From: an uncultured virus (IMG/VR IMGVR_UViG_3300042934_000632)
Taxonomy: Duplodnaviria > Heunggongvirae > Uroviricota > Caudoviricetes
DNA: 64,000 bases
Strand: one strand, 5' to 3'
Virus record (IMG/VR): IMGVR_UViG_3300042934_000632
Shown here: positions 40,160 through 51,029 of the stretch, piece by piece
Position numbering within the stretch: position 1 is the first letter of the stretch
Layout: each line of letters begins with the position of its first letter
Notes under the pieces: model-generated
What the model was told of the DNA's origin: nothing
Database searches by the model: none
Seen by the model: only the letters and a program-made list of their open reading frames with translations
Made by a program: the position numbers and the translations under genes

Positions 40160-40600
40160 ATGGATAAGGGTAATCAGAAGAGGAGTGTGAATGTATTGAG
40201 TTATTCGTCTCATAGTTTTATCGGTCGATTGACTAGAGATCCTGAAGGCCGCAATGTGAATGCTGGCGGCGAAGAAGCCCGTGTAGTAAACTTCACAGTT
40301 GCAGTGGATCGCCCAGGCGTTAACAAAGGCGCTGACTATTATCCCGTTGTTGTTTGGCGGAAACTGGCTGAAAATTGTGAACGTTACCTAGGGAAAGGTC
40401 GTCTAGTACATGTTGAAGGCCGTCCTCAGCAACGTAGTTATAAGACTCAGAAAGACGGCGTGGAAGTTACTGTGAATGTAACTGAAATTATCGCCAATGA
40501 TGTTCAGTTCTTAGACCGTGCAGATGCGCCAGCAGCTCAGACACCTCCACCTGAAACGGACTATGCTCTAAATATCAGTGATGACGATTTGCCATTCTGA
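40160..40600 (+). CDS. ssb: single-stranded DNA-binding protein (true start likely ~40196)
   Basis: IGRLTRDPE, VWRKLAENC, KGRLVHVEGR, DDDLPF tail. Confidence 0.93.
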   Translation: MDKGNQKRSVNVLSYSSHSFIGRLTRDPEGRNVNAGGEEARVVNFTVAVDRPGVNKGADYYPVVVWRKLAENCERYLGKGRLVHVEGRPQQRSYKTQKDGVEVTVNVTEIIANDVQFLDRADAPAAQTPPPETDYALNISDDDLPF

Positions 40601-40612
40601 GGAGGTACACTC

Positions 40613-40930
40613 TTGTCTGACCAAAGAAGAGATCGTATCGAGATGCGCCAAGGATTTCACCAATTCATGATGCATATGTATCAATCATATCTTCAGTCTA
40701 ATTCCGAACAAAAAGCTAAAGAGATCGTCGCCGAGTGTATTAAGGAGCAGCTAAACTTGCTAATTGGCGACGATTTTCTGTCCTCTTCGGAGTGTGCAAA
40801 GCTAAAAGAACGGAAAGAAGCTTTGGATAAAGAACTTGCTGCTTCTGACAATTACGACATGCAGCTTTATCTAGCGGAGAAGATTGATACTTTGCAAGGC
40901 GCAATCGATATAATGACTGAATCGTATTAA
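40613..40930 (+). CDS. hypothetical protein
   Basis: RBS GAGGAGG, TTG start. Confidence 0.6.
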   Translation: MSDQRRDRIEMRQGFHQFMMHMYQSYLQSNSEQKAKEIVAECIKEQLNLLIGDDFLSSSECAKLKERKEALDKELAASDNYDMQLYLAEKIDTLQGAIDIMTESY

Positions 40931-40967
40931 ACCCTTGGTTTCAAACAGTATAAAGGAGTAGTGATAT

Positions 40968-42095
40968 ATGGATAGCGATCTGGTCAAACTCTTTAGCACT
41001 ATTAATAAAAATTATGACAAATCCTTGAAGCATCAAACAATTCGAATGTTAACAAAAGAAAACATGCCAGAGATTAAGACTTTCCCTTCAGGTTCTTTAA
41101 ATCTTGACCTTGCGATAGGTCGTGGCGGTCTTCCTCGTGGACGTATTATCGAAGTATTTGGTCCTGAAAGTTCGGGTAAAACAACAGTATGCCTACTGCA
41201 CATCGCTGAAGTTCAGAAAGCAAATGAAGGCTTGTGCGCTTTCGTGGATGCGGAGCACGCTTTTGACCCCATGCTTGCCCATGATTACGGAGTTGACCTC
41301 GACAATCTTGCTTACGTTGATGCTCTCACTGCGGAGCAATCTCTTGATACCGTAGAAGCACTTGTCCGCACAGGGAAATTTCGATTGGTTGTTGTAGATT
41401 CAGTGTCTGCACTTACGCCTACAGTTATTGCAGAAAGTTCTATCGAGAAGCAAACGATGGGTCTTCAAGCTAGACTAATGTCTACAGCGATGATGAAACT
41501 CAATGGTGTTGCCTATCAAAACGATTGTAGCGTTATCTTCATCAATCAGCTTCGTGAAAAAGTGGGCGCATTCAGTCCAATCCCTGGACAGGCTGCTACA
41601 ACTACTTCTGGTGGGCGTGCTCTTCCTTTCTATAGCTCTGTACGTCTGAGAGTTACACGCGTAGAAAATATTGGAGAGAAAGAAAACGTTATCGGTCATG
41701 TCATGAAAGTAAAAGTCGTCAAAAATAAGATCGGAGTACCTTTCAAAGAGGCTACTTTCCCAATCTACTATAATGTCGGTGTTGATAAAGTCTACGAAAT
41801 TGTAACCATCGCCATTCTTGCTGGAATCATTTATAAATCTAGTGGCTGGTATAGCTATCGTGACGGAAACAACGAGATTATTATTCGAGATGGAGAGAAG
41901 TATCAGTGGAATGGTGAATCTTCTGTTATCGACTTTGTTCGTTCTCACGAAACCTTTATGAACGAACTGGAATCCCGTGTACGTGGAGTAGAGGTAGAGG
42001 CTCCGACAGGTGCTCCTGAGTCTGAAGATGGCTATAGCATCGAAGAGGCGGCCGCAGCCGCGGTAGCAGCTGGATTGGAGACCCCTAATGAGTGA
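40968..42095 (+). CDS. recA: RecA recombinase
   Basis: GPESSGKTT, DAEHA, VDSV, QARLMS, GGRALPFYSSVR, KNK. Confidence 0.96.
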   Translation: MDSDLVKLFSTINKNYDKSLKHQTIRMLTKENMPEIKTFPSGSLNLDLAIGRGGLPRGRIIEVFGPESSGKTTVCLLHIAEVQKANEGLCAFVDAEHAFDPMLAHDYGVDLDNLAYVDALTAEQSLDTVEALVRTGKFRLVVVDSVSALTPTVIAESSIEKQTMGLQARLMSTAMMKLNGVAYQNDCSVIFINQLREKVGAFSPIPGQAATTTSGGRALPFYSSVRLRVTRVENIGEKENVIGHVMKVKVVKNKIGVPFKEATFPIYYNVGVDKVYEIVTIAILAGIIYKSSGWYSYRDGNNEIIIRDGEKYQWNGESSVIDFVRSHETFMNELESRVRGVEVEAPTGAPESEDGYSIEEAAAAAVAAGLETPNE

Positions 42096-42438
42096 GGAGC
42101 CCATCCATATCAATGATTCTGAAATGATTGCGTATATCACGAAGCGTGTACTAGAGGAGTATCATTATAAGATATCTCCTAGAGTAGTCTCTATCGTGAT
42201 CGACATGGAATCTGAATACTATGATTCTATAGGGCTTTCAATGTCAGAAGAAGAATTTGATGCGGAGGTAGAAGTTATAGACCAGAAATGGTCTATGGCT
42301 CTACTTAACATCGAAAACATCATCGATGATATCATTGAAATGAGACGAAACGAATCCTTTGACAACTACGAGTCTTTACAGGTTGAAGCAAAAAATTTAC
42401 AGGACATTCTACTCGATCTTTCTGGTAAAAAACTGTAA
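42088..42438 (+). CDS. hypothetical protein
   Basis: overlaps the recA stop. Confidence 0.6.
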   Translation: MSEEPIHINDSEMIAYITKRVLEEYHYKISPRVVSIVIDMESEYYDSIGLSMSEEEFDAEVEVIDQKWSMALLNIENIIDDIIEMRRNESFDNYESLQVEAKNLQDILLDLSGKKL

Positions 42439-42657
42439 TAATTGACAATATTTACCTATAGGGGTTTCAAAATTTCAATATTTTTGGAGGCGATTTTGCG
42501 ATGGAAGAGTTTGAAAATGTAACAATTGACTTTACCTCTCCTGAATTTATCATCAAGACCCTGAATCTTCTTATTGAAGAAGGGCAAACTCAGTTTAGTT
42601 ATGATGATATTCAACTGATCGCGTCTGCTATGATTACTCTTGCTATTGGAGTAGCAC

Positions 42658-43590
42658 ATGGGGAAGTTTGATCATTGGTATGATGAACATGTAAAATACA
42701 TCCTAGAAAACGGGACTTGGGATACAAGTACAGATGTCCGTACGAAATGGGCAGATGGAACTAGCGCCTATACGATTAGTACTGTAGGCTGCCAAGCCCG
42801 TTTTGACAACAGTGAGCTCCTTATCCCAACCAAGAAACGGCTTGCATGGAAGAGCGCTATTCATGAGGGACCTATCTGGTTCTATATTAAGCGCACAAGC
42901 GATGTCACTTACTTGAAGGAAAATAAGGTAAAGATCTGGGATGAGTGGACGCGGCCAGATAATACTATTGGCCGAGCCTACGGATATCAGCTAGGAAAAG
43001 CTATACCAGATATGAAGACGATTCGTAAGGATAAATATGGAACCTCTTATTCCACAACAAATCAAATTCATCAATTGCTTGAGGGATTGAAGAATAACCC
43101 TGCCTCCAGGCGACATATCACTACGCTATGGGATGCTAAAGAGATCTGGGATATGGCTCTAGCTCCCTGCTGGTGGAATACTCAATGGCTTGTGAAAGAA
43201 GGCAAACTGTACTTGATAGTGCAGTCTAGATCTTCTGACACAGGTTTGGGTCTATCTTTTAATATCTTCCAGTATCAAGTACTGCTGAGAATGGTAGCAC
43301 AAGTAACGGGATATGAAGTTGGAGAACTGATCTGTAATATCAGCGATGCTCATATTTATGATCGTCACGTTGAACCTCTTAGCCAGTTAGCAAAACGTAA
43401 AGATTTCCCAGCTCCGAAGCTATGGATTAATCCGAACATCGAAGAGTTCGATCATTTTACAATCGATGACTTTGTACTGGTGCATTATGCTTTTGAAGAT
43501 GAGGAAATCAAAAAATGGTCCCGACAAGATGCATTACTTCACGCATATTACGAGCATGGCGGCAACCTGGAAATGGAAGTTGCCATCTAA
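42658..43590 (+). CDS. thyA: thymidylate synthase
   Basis: IWDEW, YGYQ, NPASRR, MALAPC, RSSD..LG..FN, HIYDRH. Confidence 0.93.
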   Translation: MGKFDHWYDEHVKYILENGTWDTSTDVRTKWADGTSAYTISTVGCQARFDNSELLIPTKKRLAWKSAIHEGPIWFYIKRTSDVTYLKENKVKIWDEWTRPDNTIGRAYGYQLGKAIPDMKTIRKDKYGTSYSTTNQIHQLLEGLKNNPASRRHITTLWDAKEIWDMALAPCWWNTQWLVKEGKLYLIVQSRSSDTGLGLSFNIFQYQVLLRMVAQVTGYEVGELICNISDAHIYDRHVEPLSQLAKRKDFPAPKLWINPNIEEFDHFTIDDFVLVHYAFEDEEIKKWSRQDALLHAYYEHGGNLEMEVAI

Positions 43591-44342
43591 GTGTGAATAT
43601 GTGGATAATCTTGGGGATAACCAAGGAGGTGCCAGTCATGGCAAAGGATCACGATTGTCAAAGTTGTTCATGGTGCCATGACTTTGGCACTTTCGGTTTC
43701 TGTACAAATATAGATATAAAAAGCCCCAAAGATCTTCAAAATCGATTAACATATGAGGACCTCGTTACACAGAACGAATGTCCTGGTTTTGCCGATAATC
43801 TTTGGTTTGGCGGATAAAGATAAAAGGGGAAATGAACGTGAATCGTATTGATGAAATCCTTGAAGAACTAGCACAGCGTCCTGATGTTACGATTACTTAT
43901 GTAGATCGAGGTGCTTCATGGAATGTTAGCAACTTTAAAGGTAGCGAAGGCGTTAGCTATGTAGGTGATGGCAAGGCTGCTATCGTTATTGTTGAATTTG
44001 AGGAGGAATTGTAAATGCCAAAAGAACAAGGTGTTTGCTACAGCACCTGCATCATGAAGGAGCTCGATTATTTTCTTTCTATACTTAGTACGCAGAATCT
44101 GTCGGAAGAAAATATCATTATCGTGAATGGGCTCATATCGCATCTTCTTCATATGTATGCAGAACCTAATGTTGTGATAACTGTATAAAGATTTGGGGCG
44201 CTTCGGCGCTCCTTTTATTTGGAGGATGCTATGTCCGTAAATAAACCGAGCGCTGTGCTTCCACCTAAGTCATTAATCGCTACTAAGAAAAATAATAAAA
44301 CTCCAAAAACCGTATACCGAGTGGGCTATATCGAGAGGAGAG

Positions 44343-44945
44343 TTGGGTTTGAGTCGTCTATGGACTAAAGAAGAGGATGAGATCGCTATTTATTGTTTGG
44401 GCCGTATGACTTATGACGCGATAGGGAAAAAGCTAGGTCGTACAGCGCAAGGTGTTGAGAAGCGTATGATTAAGCTTGGTTACTCAAGCACAAGAGAATG
44501 TTGTCCGTATCTTACCATGCGTCAATTCCAAATGGCGATACGTACTGATCATCATATTGTTACACGCTGGATCAAAAAACACGGTATGCCTATTAAAAAC
44601 ATGAGGATCGCTTATAAACGAGACCTTAAATATAAGAGTTTGTTTGTTGATCCCGAAGAATTCTGGATTTGGGCTGAGCAAAATAAATCCTTGGTCGATT
44701 TTTCACGAATAGAAAAACATGCTTTACTTCCAGAACCTGATTGGGTTGAAGAGGAAAGAATTAAAGGTCCAATTTCAAAGATTAGAGAATGGACTGCTGA
44801 GGATGACCAAGAACTTTTCGAATTATATTATAAACAGTGTAATAGCCAGAAGGAAGTAGCCAGAATCATGGGGCGATCACATACTGTTATTGGAGAGAAA
44901 GTTGCTTTGCTGCGAAATACGCAGAAGAAAAAACATACGGGATAG
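44343..44945 (+). CDS. multi-HTH/Myb-like DNA-binding protein
   Basis: WTKEED...IGKKLGRT and WTAEDD...VARIMGRS repeats. Confidence 0.65.
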   Translation: MGLSRLWTKEEDEIAIYCLGRMTYDAIGKKLGRTAQGVEKRMIKLGYSSTRECCPYLTMRQFQMAIRTDHHIVTRWIKKHGMPIKNMRIAYKRDLKYKSLFVDPEEFWIWAEQNKSLVDFSRIEKHALLPEPDWVEEERIKGPISKIREWTAEDDQELFELYYKQCNSQKEVARIMGRSHTVIGEKVALLRNTQKKKHTG

Positions 44946-44948
44946 GAG

Positions 44949-45260
44949 ATGCGGTTGATGAATCAAATACCTTTAGAATGCGTAATACCAGGAATGCGCG
45001 TAAGGCTATCACCACAATCTCCATTTCACGAAGCTGGTCAGTCTTGTGATTGGGAAGGAAACGAATATGATGGGACCGTAACTTATGTTCACAAGGCTAA
45101 TATAGATTGGTTCCCTATCAATGTAATATGGGACGGCGAGCTAGATCATTCTATTCCAGTCCTTGAACAAAAAGGAGAGTATTGTTATGGTGTTTCTGAT
45201 TTGATTTTTCTCCTTGTAAATAATGAACAGCTTACACTATTCCTGGAAGATTTCGATTGA
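44949..45260 (+). CDS. paralogue family B-like member with C-terminal tag
   Basis: PGMRV...GTV...WFPINVIWD...YGVSDL; ends NEQLTLFLEDFD. Confidence 0.7.
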   Translation: MRLMNQIPLECVIPGMRVRLSPQSPFHEAGQSCDWEGNEYDGTVTYVHKANIDWFPINVIWDGELDHSIPVLEQKGEYCYGVSDLIFLLVNNEQLTLFLEDFD

Positions 45261-45270
45261 GAGGTGCATT

Positions 45271-45567
45271 ATGCAGAATATCCTATCGGATTTCAAACCT
45301 GGTACGCGAGTCGGGATGTCGAAGAACTCTGCATTTTCCCATTTAAATCAATCTTTTGATGCTAGGGGAAATGAATGTCTTGGAACAGTAATAACTATCA
45401 GCTCTAGTGGAAGATGGTTTCCAATCAATGTTCTATGGGATTACGAGGTAAGTCCTGGTTGGAAAGCATCCTGGCACCGAGGTACCTATAGTTACGGCCC
45501 AACAGATCTTGTGATTATTGGCGACAGTAATAGTAGTATGGTAGAATATCTATTAGATATAGAATAG
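45271..45567 (+). CDS. paralogue family B-like member with C-terminal tag
   Basis: PGTRV...GTV...WFPINVLWD...YGPTDL; ends NSSMVEYLLDIE. Confidence 0.7.
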   Translation: MQNILSDFKPGTRVGMSKNSAFSHLNQSFDARGNECLGTVITISSSGRWFPINVLWDYEVSPGWKASWHRGTYSYGPTDLVIIGDSNSSMVEYLLDIE

Positions 45568-45579
45568 GGAGTCGATAGT

Positions 45580-46074
45580 ATGATATCTATAATTACAGCG
45601 ATGGATAGAAACTATTTAATAGGGAAAGAGAATGGCTTGCCATGGAATCTACCTGCTGATATGACACATTTTAAACGGAATACCCTTGGAAAGACAATTG
45701 TAATGGGTAGAAAGACAGCAGATTCCCTTCCGAATCCTTTGGTGGGCCGCAACAACATTGTCCTGAGTAGACAGCAGATGGCGATGAAAGGTTTTGTAAT
45801 AGAAAATTCAGTTGAGAATATATTAAAGCATTATCGCGGTAGTGACATCTTTGTAATCGGCGGGGCTGAGATTTACAGGGCTTTCCTACCTTATGCAGAT
45901 CGCTTAATCATCACTCGAATACTCGATTATTTCGAAGGAGATACACACTTTCCTATTGAAGATGTTAAGTGGGAACAATGGGACCTTTCGCATGCTGAAT
46001 CTCATATGCCAGACGAAAGAAACAAATATAGTTACATCTTTCAGACATATACAAAACGCAGAAATGTGACTTAA
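45580..46074 (+). CDS. folA: dihydrofolate reductase
   Basis: IGKENGLPW.LPAD, MGRKT, GRNNIVLS, IGGAEIY, GDTHFP. Confidence 0.95.
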   Translation: MISIITAMDRNYLIGKENGLPWNLPADMTHFKRNTLGKTIVMGRKTADSLPNPLVGRNNIVLSRQQMAMKGFVIENSVENILKHYRGSDIFVIGGAEIYRAFLPYADRLIITRILDYFEGDTHFPIEDVKWEQWDLSHAESHMPDERNKYSYIFQTYTKRRNVT

Positions 46075-46107
46075 ATCACACCAGTTTTTCCCTGTTTGGA
46101 TTATGAT
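46065..46107 (+). promoter_or_regulatory. Fnr/Crp-type box with -10 element upstream of nrdDG
   Basis: perfect TGTGA-CTTAAA-TCACA at 46065-46080; TATGAT at 46102-46107. Confidence 0.7.
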
Positions 46108-46176
46108 GAAAGTCCACTATATTTTTATCTAGTATATAAACTTTCATCATATAATCCCAAAGAAGAGGTGTCCGAG

Positions 46177-48135
46177 ATGCACGAAAAGCACGTTGAATCA
46201 CTACATCAAATGGCAGAAAACATTATCCAAGTTCAAGATGTTGATCTGGCAAGAGAAAACGCTAACCTGAATGGGGAGTCTTTCTCTGGCAAGATGAGCA
46301 AGATGGGTAGTGAGTTCTCCAAATGGTATGCAAAATCGGTAATGATGCCAAGCAAATTGGTCAACGCCATTGACGAAAACTTTGTTTATGTTCATGATTT
46401 AGACCAATATGTATTAGGTACTACCAATTGTATCTTTATACCGTTTGGAAAGCTTCTTGAACGCGGATTTAATACAGGGAATGGTAGTGTACGGCCACCG
46501 AATTCGATCATGACAGCAATGTCTTTGGTCGCCATCATCTTTCAGTCTCAACAGAACTCTCAATACGGCGGAGTCTCAGGAAACAAAATTGATTGGGACC
46601 TTGCTCCGTATGTAGACAAATCTTTTGCAAAGCATTTCCTGGTAGGACTAGAGTTCCTGGAAGAAACTCTGCCACATCCTTTCACTATAGAAAACAAAGC
46701 TGACCTTACGTTCGACAATGCAATGCTTCGCGCTGTGTGCCCTAAGGCTTTTTCATATGCAGAAAAGCTGACTATCAATGAAACAAACCAAGCCGCCGAG
46801 AGTATGATCCACAATTTGAATACAATGTCGAGTCGTGCTGGTGGACAGATTCCTTTCACTAGTATCAACTATGGAACATGTACTTCACCTCAAGGGCGAT
46901 TGGTTATCCGTGCAATCTTAAGAGCAACCATGAATGGACTTGGGAATGGAGAAACTCCGATTTTCCCGCAACATATTTTCAAATGTAAAAAAGGTGTGAA
47001 CCAATCTACAGAAGATCCAAACTATGATCTGTTCCTCGAAGCAATTGAGTGTTCGTCGAAGCGTCTTTACCCTAACTTTGCGAATATTGATGCACCATTC
47101 AATCTTCAATACTATAACCCCGAAGATCCTGATACAGAGTTTGCAACAATGGGCTGCCGTACACGCGTAATTTCTGATCGCTTCGGCTACAACCATCTTT
47201 CAGGTAAGGGAAACCTTTCTTTCAACACTCTGAATCTAGTAAAGCTAGGGCTGGAATATGGTATCGCTTTAGGAGAACGTTCAGAAGCGGACTTAGAAAG
47301 TTTCTATTACGAACTCTATCACTATATGGATCTATCTTTAGAAGGTTTGATTCATCGCTTTGAGATTCAAGCGGAGCAACAAGCCAAGGCCTCTGATTTC
47401 ATGATGCGTGAAGGTGTCTGGGAAAATGGCGAGAAGCTTGAACCAGAAGATAAGGTTCGTGAACATATCAAACATGGTTCCTTGTCTATTGGTTTTATTG
47501 GAGTCGCTGAGTGTATGAAGGCACTCTTTGGCAAGCACCATGGTGAGGACCCTGAAGTAATGAAGTTTGCAGTTGATCTCATCGATACGATTCGACAATA
47601 TTGTGATCGTAAATCAGACGAGCACAACCTGAACATTACACTATTTGCTACACCTGCTGAAGGACTATCTGGTAAGTTTACCAAGAGTGATCGTCAGTAC
47701 TATGGAAACATAGAAGGCGTAACAGACCGTGAATACTATACAAATTCGTTCCATATCCCTGTATACTACGATATGAAAGCTGCTGACAAGATTCGCGCCG
47801 AAGCACCGTTCCATGAACTGTGTAACGCAGGAGCTATCTCTTATATCGAACTAGACGGAAACGCACGGAACAATCAACTGGCTTTCTTAAAGATCGTACA
47901 GTACGCATTGTCTCAAAACATCAGTTATTTTAGCGTTAATCATCCCGTAGATCGATGCCCTTCCTGCGGCTACGAGGGCTCTATTGGAGACACTTGTCCG
48001 AACTGTGCAGCAGATGAATCTACTCATCCTTTCAGACGCTTACGCCGTGTCACAGGCTACCTGACAGGAGACTATACGACTCGATTCAATAGTGCGAAAC
48101 AAGCTGAGGTTAGAGATCGGGTTAAACATCTATGA
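46177..48135 (+). CDS. nrdD: anaerobic (class III) ribonucleotide reductase, no ATP cone
   Basis: ENAN, HDLD, TNC, MGCRT, TPAEGL, YTNSFH, CPSC..CPNC, RRVTGYL. Confidence 0.95.
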   Translation: MHEKHVESLHQMAENIIQVQDVDLARENANLNGESFSGKMSKMGSEFSKWYAKSVMMPSKLVNAIDENFVYVHDLDQYVLGTTNCIFIPFGKLLERGFNTGNGSVRPPNSIMTAMSLVAIIFQSQQNSQYGGVSGNKIDWDLAPYVDKSFAKHFLVGLEFLEETLPHPFTIENKADLTFDNAMLRAVCPKAFSYAEKLTINETNQAAESMIHNLNTMSSRAGGQIPFTSINYGTCTSPQGRLVIRAILRATMNGLGNGETPIFPQHIFKCKKGVNQSTEDPNYDLFLEAIECSSKRLYPNFANIDAPFNLQYYNPEDPDTEFATMGCRTRVISDRFGYNHLSGKGNLSFNTLNLVKLGLEYGIALGERSEADLESFYYELYHYMDLSLEGLIHRFEIQAEQQAKASDFMMREGVWENGEKLEPEDKVREHIKHGSLSIGFIGVAECMKALFGKHHGEDPEVMKFAVDLIDTIRQYCDRKSDEHNLNITLFATPAEGLSGKFTKSDRQYYGNIEGVTDREYYTNSFHIPVYYDMKAADKIRAEAPFHELCNAGAISYIELDGNARNNQLAFLKIVQYALSQNISYFSVNHPVDRCPSCGYEGSIGDTCPNCAADESTHPFRRLRRVTGYLTGDYTTRFNSAKQAEVRDRVKHL

Positions 48136-48626
48136 ACATTTGCGGATACTACCCAGAAAGCATTAACGAGGGTCACGGCTTACGAGCCGTGATCTTTATT
48201 AGTGGTTGTAAACATGCCTGTAAGGGTTGCTTCAGTGAGAAAACATGGGGCTTCGATGTGGGAGAGCCACTAGATCTTGCAAAGCAATTGGAGCTAATTG
48301 AGGATATGAATAATAATGGTCTTCTCCAAGGAGTTACATTCTGTGGAGGAGATCCTTTTTTCTCTGCTAAAGAGCTTGTTCCATTCGTTGAAATGATACG
48401 AGAGCTGGCACCCCATCTAGATGTATGGTCTTACACAGGGTTTACTTTTGAAGCTCTTATTAAAAATAAAGAAATGTCTAGCTTCTTAAGCCTTTGTGAT
48501 GTTATTATAGATGGAAAATACGTCCAAGATAAAAAGGATTTAACCTTACTTTATCGCGGTTCTTCTAATCAGAGAATCATAAATGTCCGCGCCAGCTTAC
48601 AATCAGGTCAAGTTGTCGAACTATAA
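48132..48626 (+). CDS. nrdG: anaerobic RNR activating radical SAM enzyme
   Basis: GCKHACKGC, GGDP, DG.Y, RGSSNQR. Confidence 0.95.
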   Translation: MNICGYYPESINEGHGLRAVIFISGCKHACKGCFSEKTWGFDVGEPLDLAKQLELIEDMNNNGLLQGVTFCGGDPFFSAKELVPFVEMIRELAPHLDVWSYTGFTFEALIKNKEMSSFLSLCDVIIDGKYVQDKKDLTLLYRGSSNQRIINVRASLQSGQVVEL

Positions 48627-48897
48627 TTGACGAATCTATAAAGGTACAGACAGTACATTAAAGAAAGAAGAAAATACTTGTACTGTCTGTACCTTTATGA
48701 AGGAGGAGATTAAATGCAGGTTCAGCACAAAGGAAGAGTGACAGATACAGGTAAGCATAATGGGACGGGGATGGTATTTATGAAGCTCACTTCTGCCCCA
48801 GGTGTAAACTTTCGTACGGACTTTATGTCTAAGGAAGAAATCGAAGAAGAAAGTGGCCCATGCGTAGTTATTGTGCCAAAAAAGGAGGGTGATAAAA

Positions 48898-49611
48898 ATG
48901 ATTAATAAACCAAGAAGTGAATTGCTGTGGTTCAATCAGATCATGGAAATGAAACTGGCTAAAAATGATGATCGTGATGGATGGAGACATGAAAGGTTCT
49001 CTTATCTTCTTACAAGACTAAAAGATGAAGTTGAAGAGCTTGAAACTCTTCTTCAAATTTCAGGTGGATCTACTGATAATATGGCTCAAATCATGGAAGA
49101 ATCTGCTGATATTGCAAATTTCGCTATGATGATCGCGGATAAGATTGCTTCAGAAGCATCTTACAGAGAGGCCTGGGATCAAGCTGTTGTAAGAGGGAAC
49201 GTCCCTAAAGAGCAGACAAACTTAGCTGTAGATTACTGGGTTAATATTGAAGGTACCAAATTCTATCCAGGTGATATGACTAATGCTCATCTTCAAAACA
49301 CAATCAATCTGATTGAGCGAAAAATGCCAGTTGTCAAATTTTTAGATCCACTAGTGGATCGTCAGGAGTATCTAATCTATTTCCTTCTTAAAGAAGAGAA
49401 ACAATTTCGTGAAAACAAGTCAAAGATGAAAACTTATCAATTCACTGTCACCTGGTTAAAGGGCTGTATCGTTGAGATCCTTGCTGAAGATTCCATTCAA
49501 GCAGAAAGAATGATACATGAACATAATGAGTCTTGTAAAGATGAACCATACGAAGGTCATTATATCGAAGGAAGCTTTGAAATTGATTACATTCAAGAGA
49601 AGGAGTCTTAA
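48898..49611 (+). CDS. protein with N-terminal MazG-like helical domain
   Basis: LKDEVEEL...EESADIANFAMMIAD. Confidence 0.55.
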   Translation: MINKPRSELLWFNQIMEMKLAKNDDRDGWRHERFSYLLTRLKDEVEELETLLQISGGSTDNMAQIMEESADIANFAMMIADKIASEASYREAWDQAVVRGNVPKEQTNLAVDYWVNIEGTKFYPGDMTNAHLQNTINLIERKMPVVKFLDPLVDRQEYLIYFLLKEEKQFRENKSKMKTYQFTVTWLKGCIVEILAEDSIQAERMIHEHNESCKDEPYEGHYIEGSFEIDYIQEKES

Positions 49612-49614
49612 AAA

Positions 49615-50067
49615 TTGAAAAGTACGCTCAGGCTGATAATGATATTATCTATCAGTCTTTTAAGTGCATGTAATTTTGAATATAGTTCTGAGCCTAAGCC
49701 TACTCACTCTGATCAAACAATAACTGTGCATGGAGAAGTATACGATGTCATACTGTACTTCCCGACAGATAGGTATCCTAAGACAGCTGAGCACATCACA
49801 GAAGCTATTGAGAGTGGAGAGTCTGATATATGTACCATCGATAGAGAGGGAGCAGATGAGAACCGTCAGGAGTCTCTGAAGGGCATTCCTACTAAGGATG
49901 GATATGATCGTGACGAATGGCCAATGGCAATGTGTGCAGAGGGCGGCGAGGGAGCCGACATTGAATATGTACCACCAAAAGATAATAGAGGTTCGGGTAG
50001 CTGGGTAGGGCATCAACTAGATGACTATCCTGACGGCACAAAAGTTTTATTTGTGTTAAAACCATAG
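49615..50067 (+). CDS. NucA/NucB-family DNase lipoprotein
   Basis: LSAC lipobox; [30 protein letters not shown]. Confidence 0.9.
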   Translation: MKSTLRLIMILSISLLSACNFEYSSEPKPTHSDQTITVHGEVYDVILYFPTDRYPKTAEHITEAIESGESDICTIDREGADENRQESLKGIPTKDGYDRDEWPMAMCAEGGEGADIEYVPPKDNRGSGSWVGHQLDDYPDGTKVLFVLKP

Positions 50068-50081
50068 TATATATACTGGAG

Positions 50082-50555
50082 ATGTTATATCATAATATGA
50101 GATACACAAATAGAATGTTTGAATCATTGTGCGCCCAATGTGGTTCTAGTTTTATGGTTACTATAGGCGACGACTTTAATCAATACTGTTCTGATATTTG
50201 TAGTGGAAAAGGTTCTAATGATAATAGGCTGCAACAACTTAGCAGAGTCTTAAGAGCAAGAGAAGCTTGGAGATATGTACAGCTTAATACTTATCTCAAT
50301 GAACATAACATTCCACATCAGTTTGAGTTCCCCTTAGGAAATTACGTCTTCGATTTGGCACTTACAGATGAACAACTACTTATTGAATTTGACGAACCGT
50401 ATCATGAAGGATTAACACAGGCCAGTAAAGACCTTCAAAAAGATTCTTACGCCGAACAGCATAAGTTCTCAATCGTTCGAATTCCCGTTGGTGTTAATAC
50501 CATCATTTCAGCTGAGCTTATTGAACCTATCATCAATATCTGTAGGGGGAATTGA
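50082..50555 (+). CDS. zinc finger + DUF559/Vsr-like endonuclease
   Basis: CAQC...YCSDIC; YVFDL...IEFDEPYH. Confidence 0.7.
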   Translation: MLYHNMRYTNRMFESLCAQCGSSFMVTIGDDFNQYCSDICSGKGSNDNRLQQLSRVLRAREAWRYVQLNTYLNEHNIPHQFEFPLGNYVFDLALTDEQLLIEFDEPYHEGLTQASKDLQKDSYAEQHKFSIVRIPVGVNTIISAELIEPIINICRGN

Positions 50556-51029
50556 AGAGTGTCTACGTATCACTATGTAGCTTGTCACGACTGTAAGCAG
50601 TATGGAATGCTACCAAAGAGTAGTGTGCCACATATCTTTGCTGTAAAATGGATTGAAAAATATGGTCATGCTTCTCACAATACCCAATGGGCCAGTGAGT
50701 ATGATGAAGAATTTGAGGCAAGAGTACATGGTTCAGAGATAATCTCCTATGGGTACTACGGACCCGAAACTAGGCGCGTTGCTGAACCTTATAACGATGT
50801 AACGAAACAAACATTGGAGTAAGGAGGATTAGGCATGAGTCATATGGGTGAGGTTAAAATCACTATGGATGAAGTTCATAAAGCTATTAGTGAGTATGTT
50901 GAACGAAAATATAGTGTCAAAGCAACTGGTAATTCTATACATTATACATCCTATGGAAGCGTGACCTTTCAAGGTGCTACAGTCAAATACCAGATGATCC
51001 CGAAAGATATAACATAAGGAGGTGAATTC

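Noticed and set aside
46113..46140. NrdR boxes upstream of nrdD (and nrdI)
   Set aside because: Only partial matches in AT-rich sequence
46096..46176. Longer nrdD start
   Set aside because: Overlaps the predicted promoter; GAGGTG RBS supports ATG 46177
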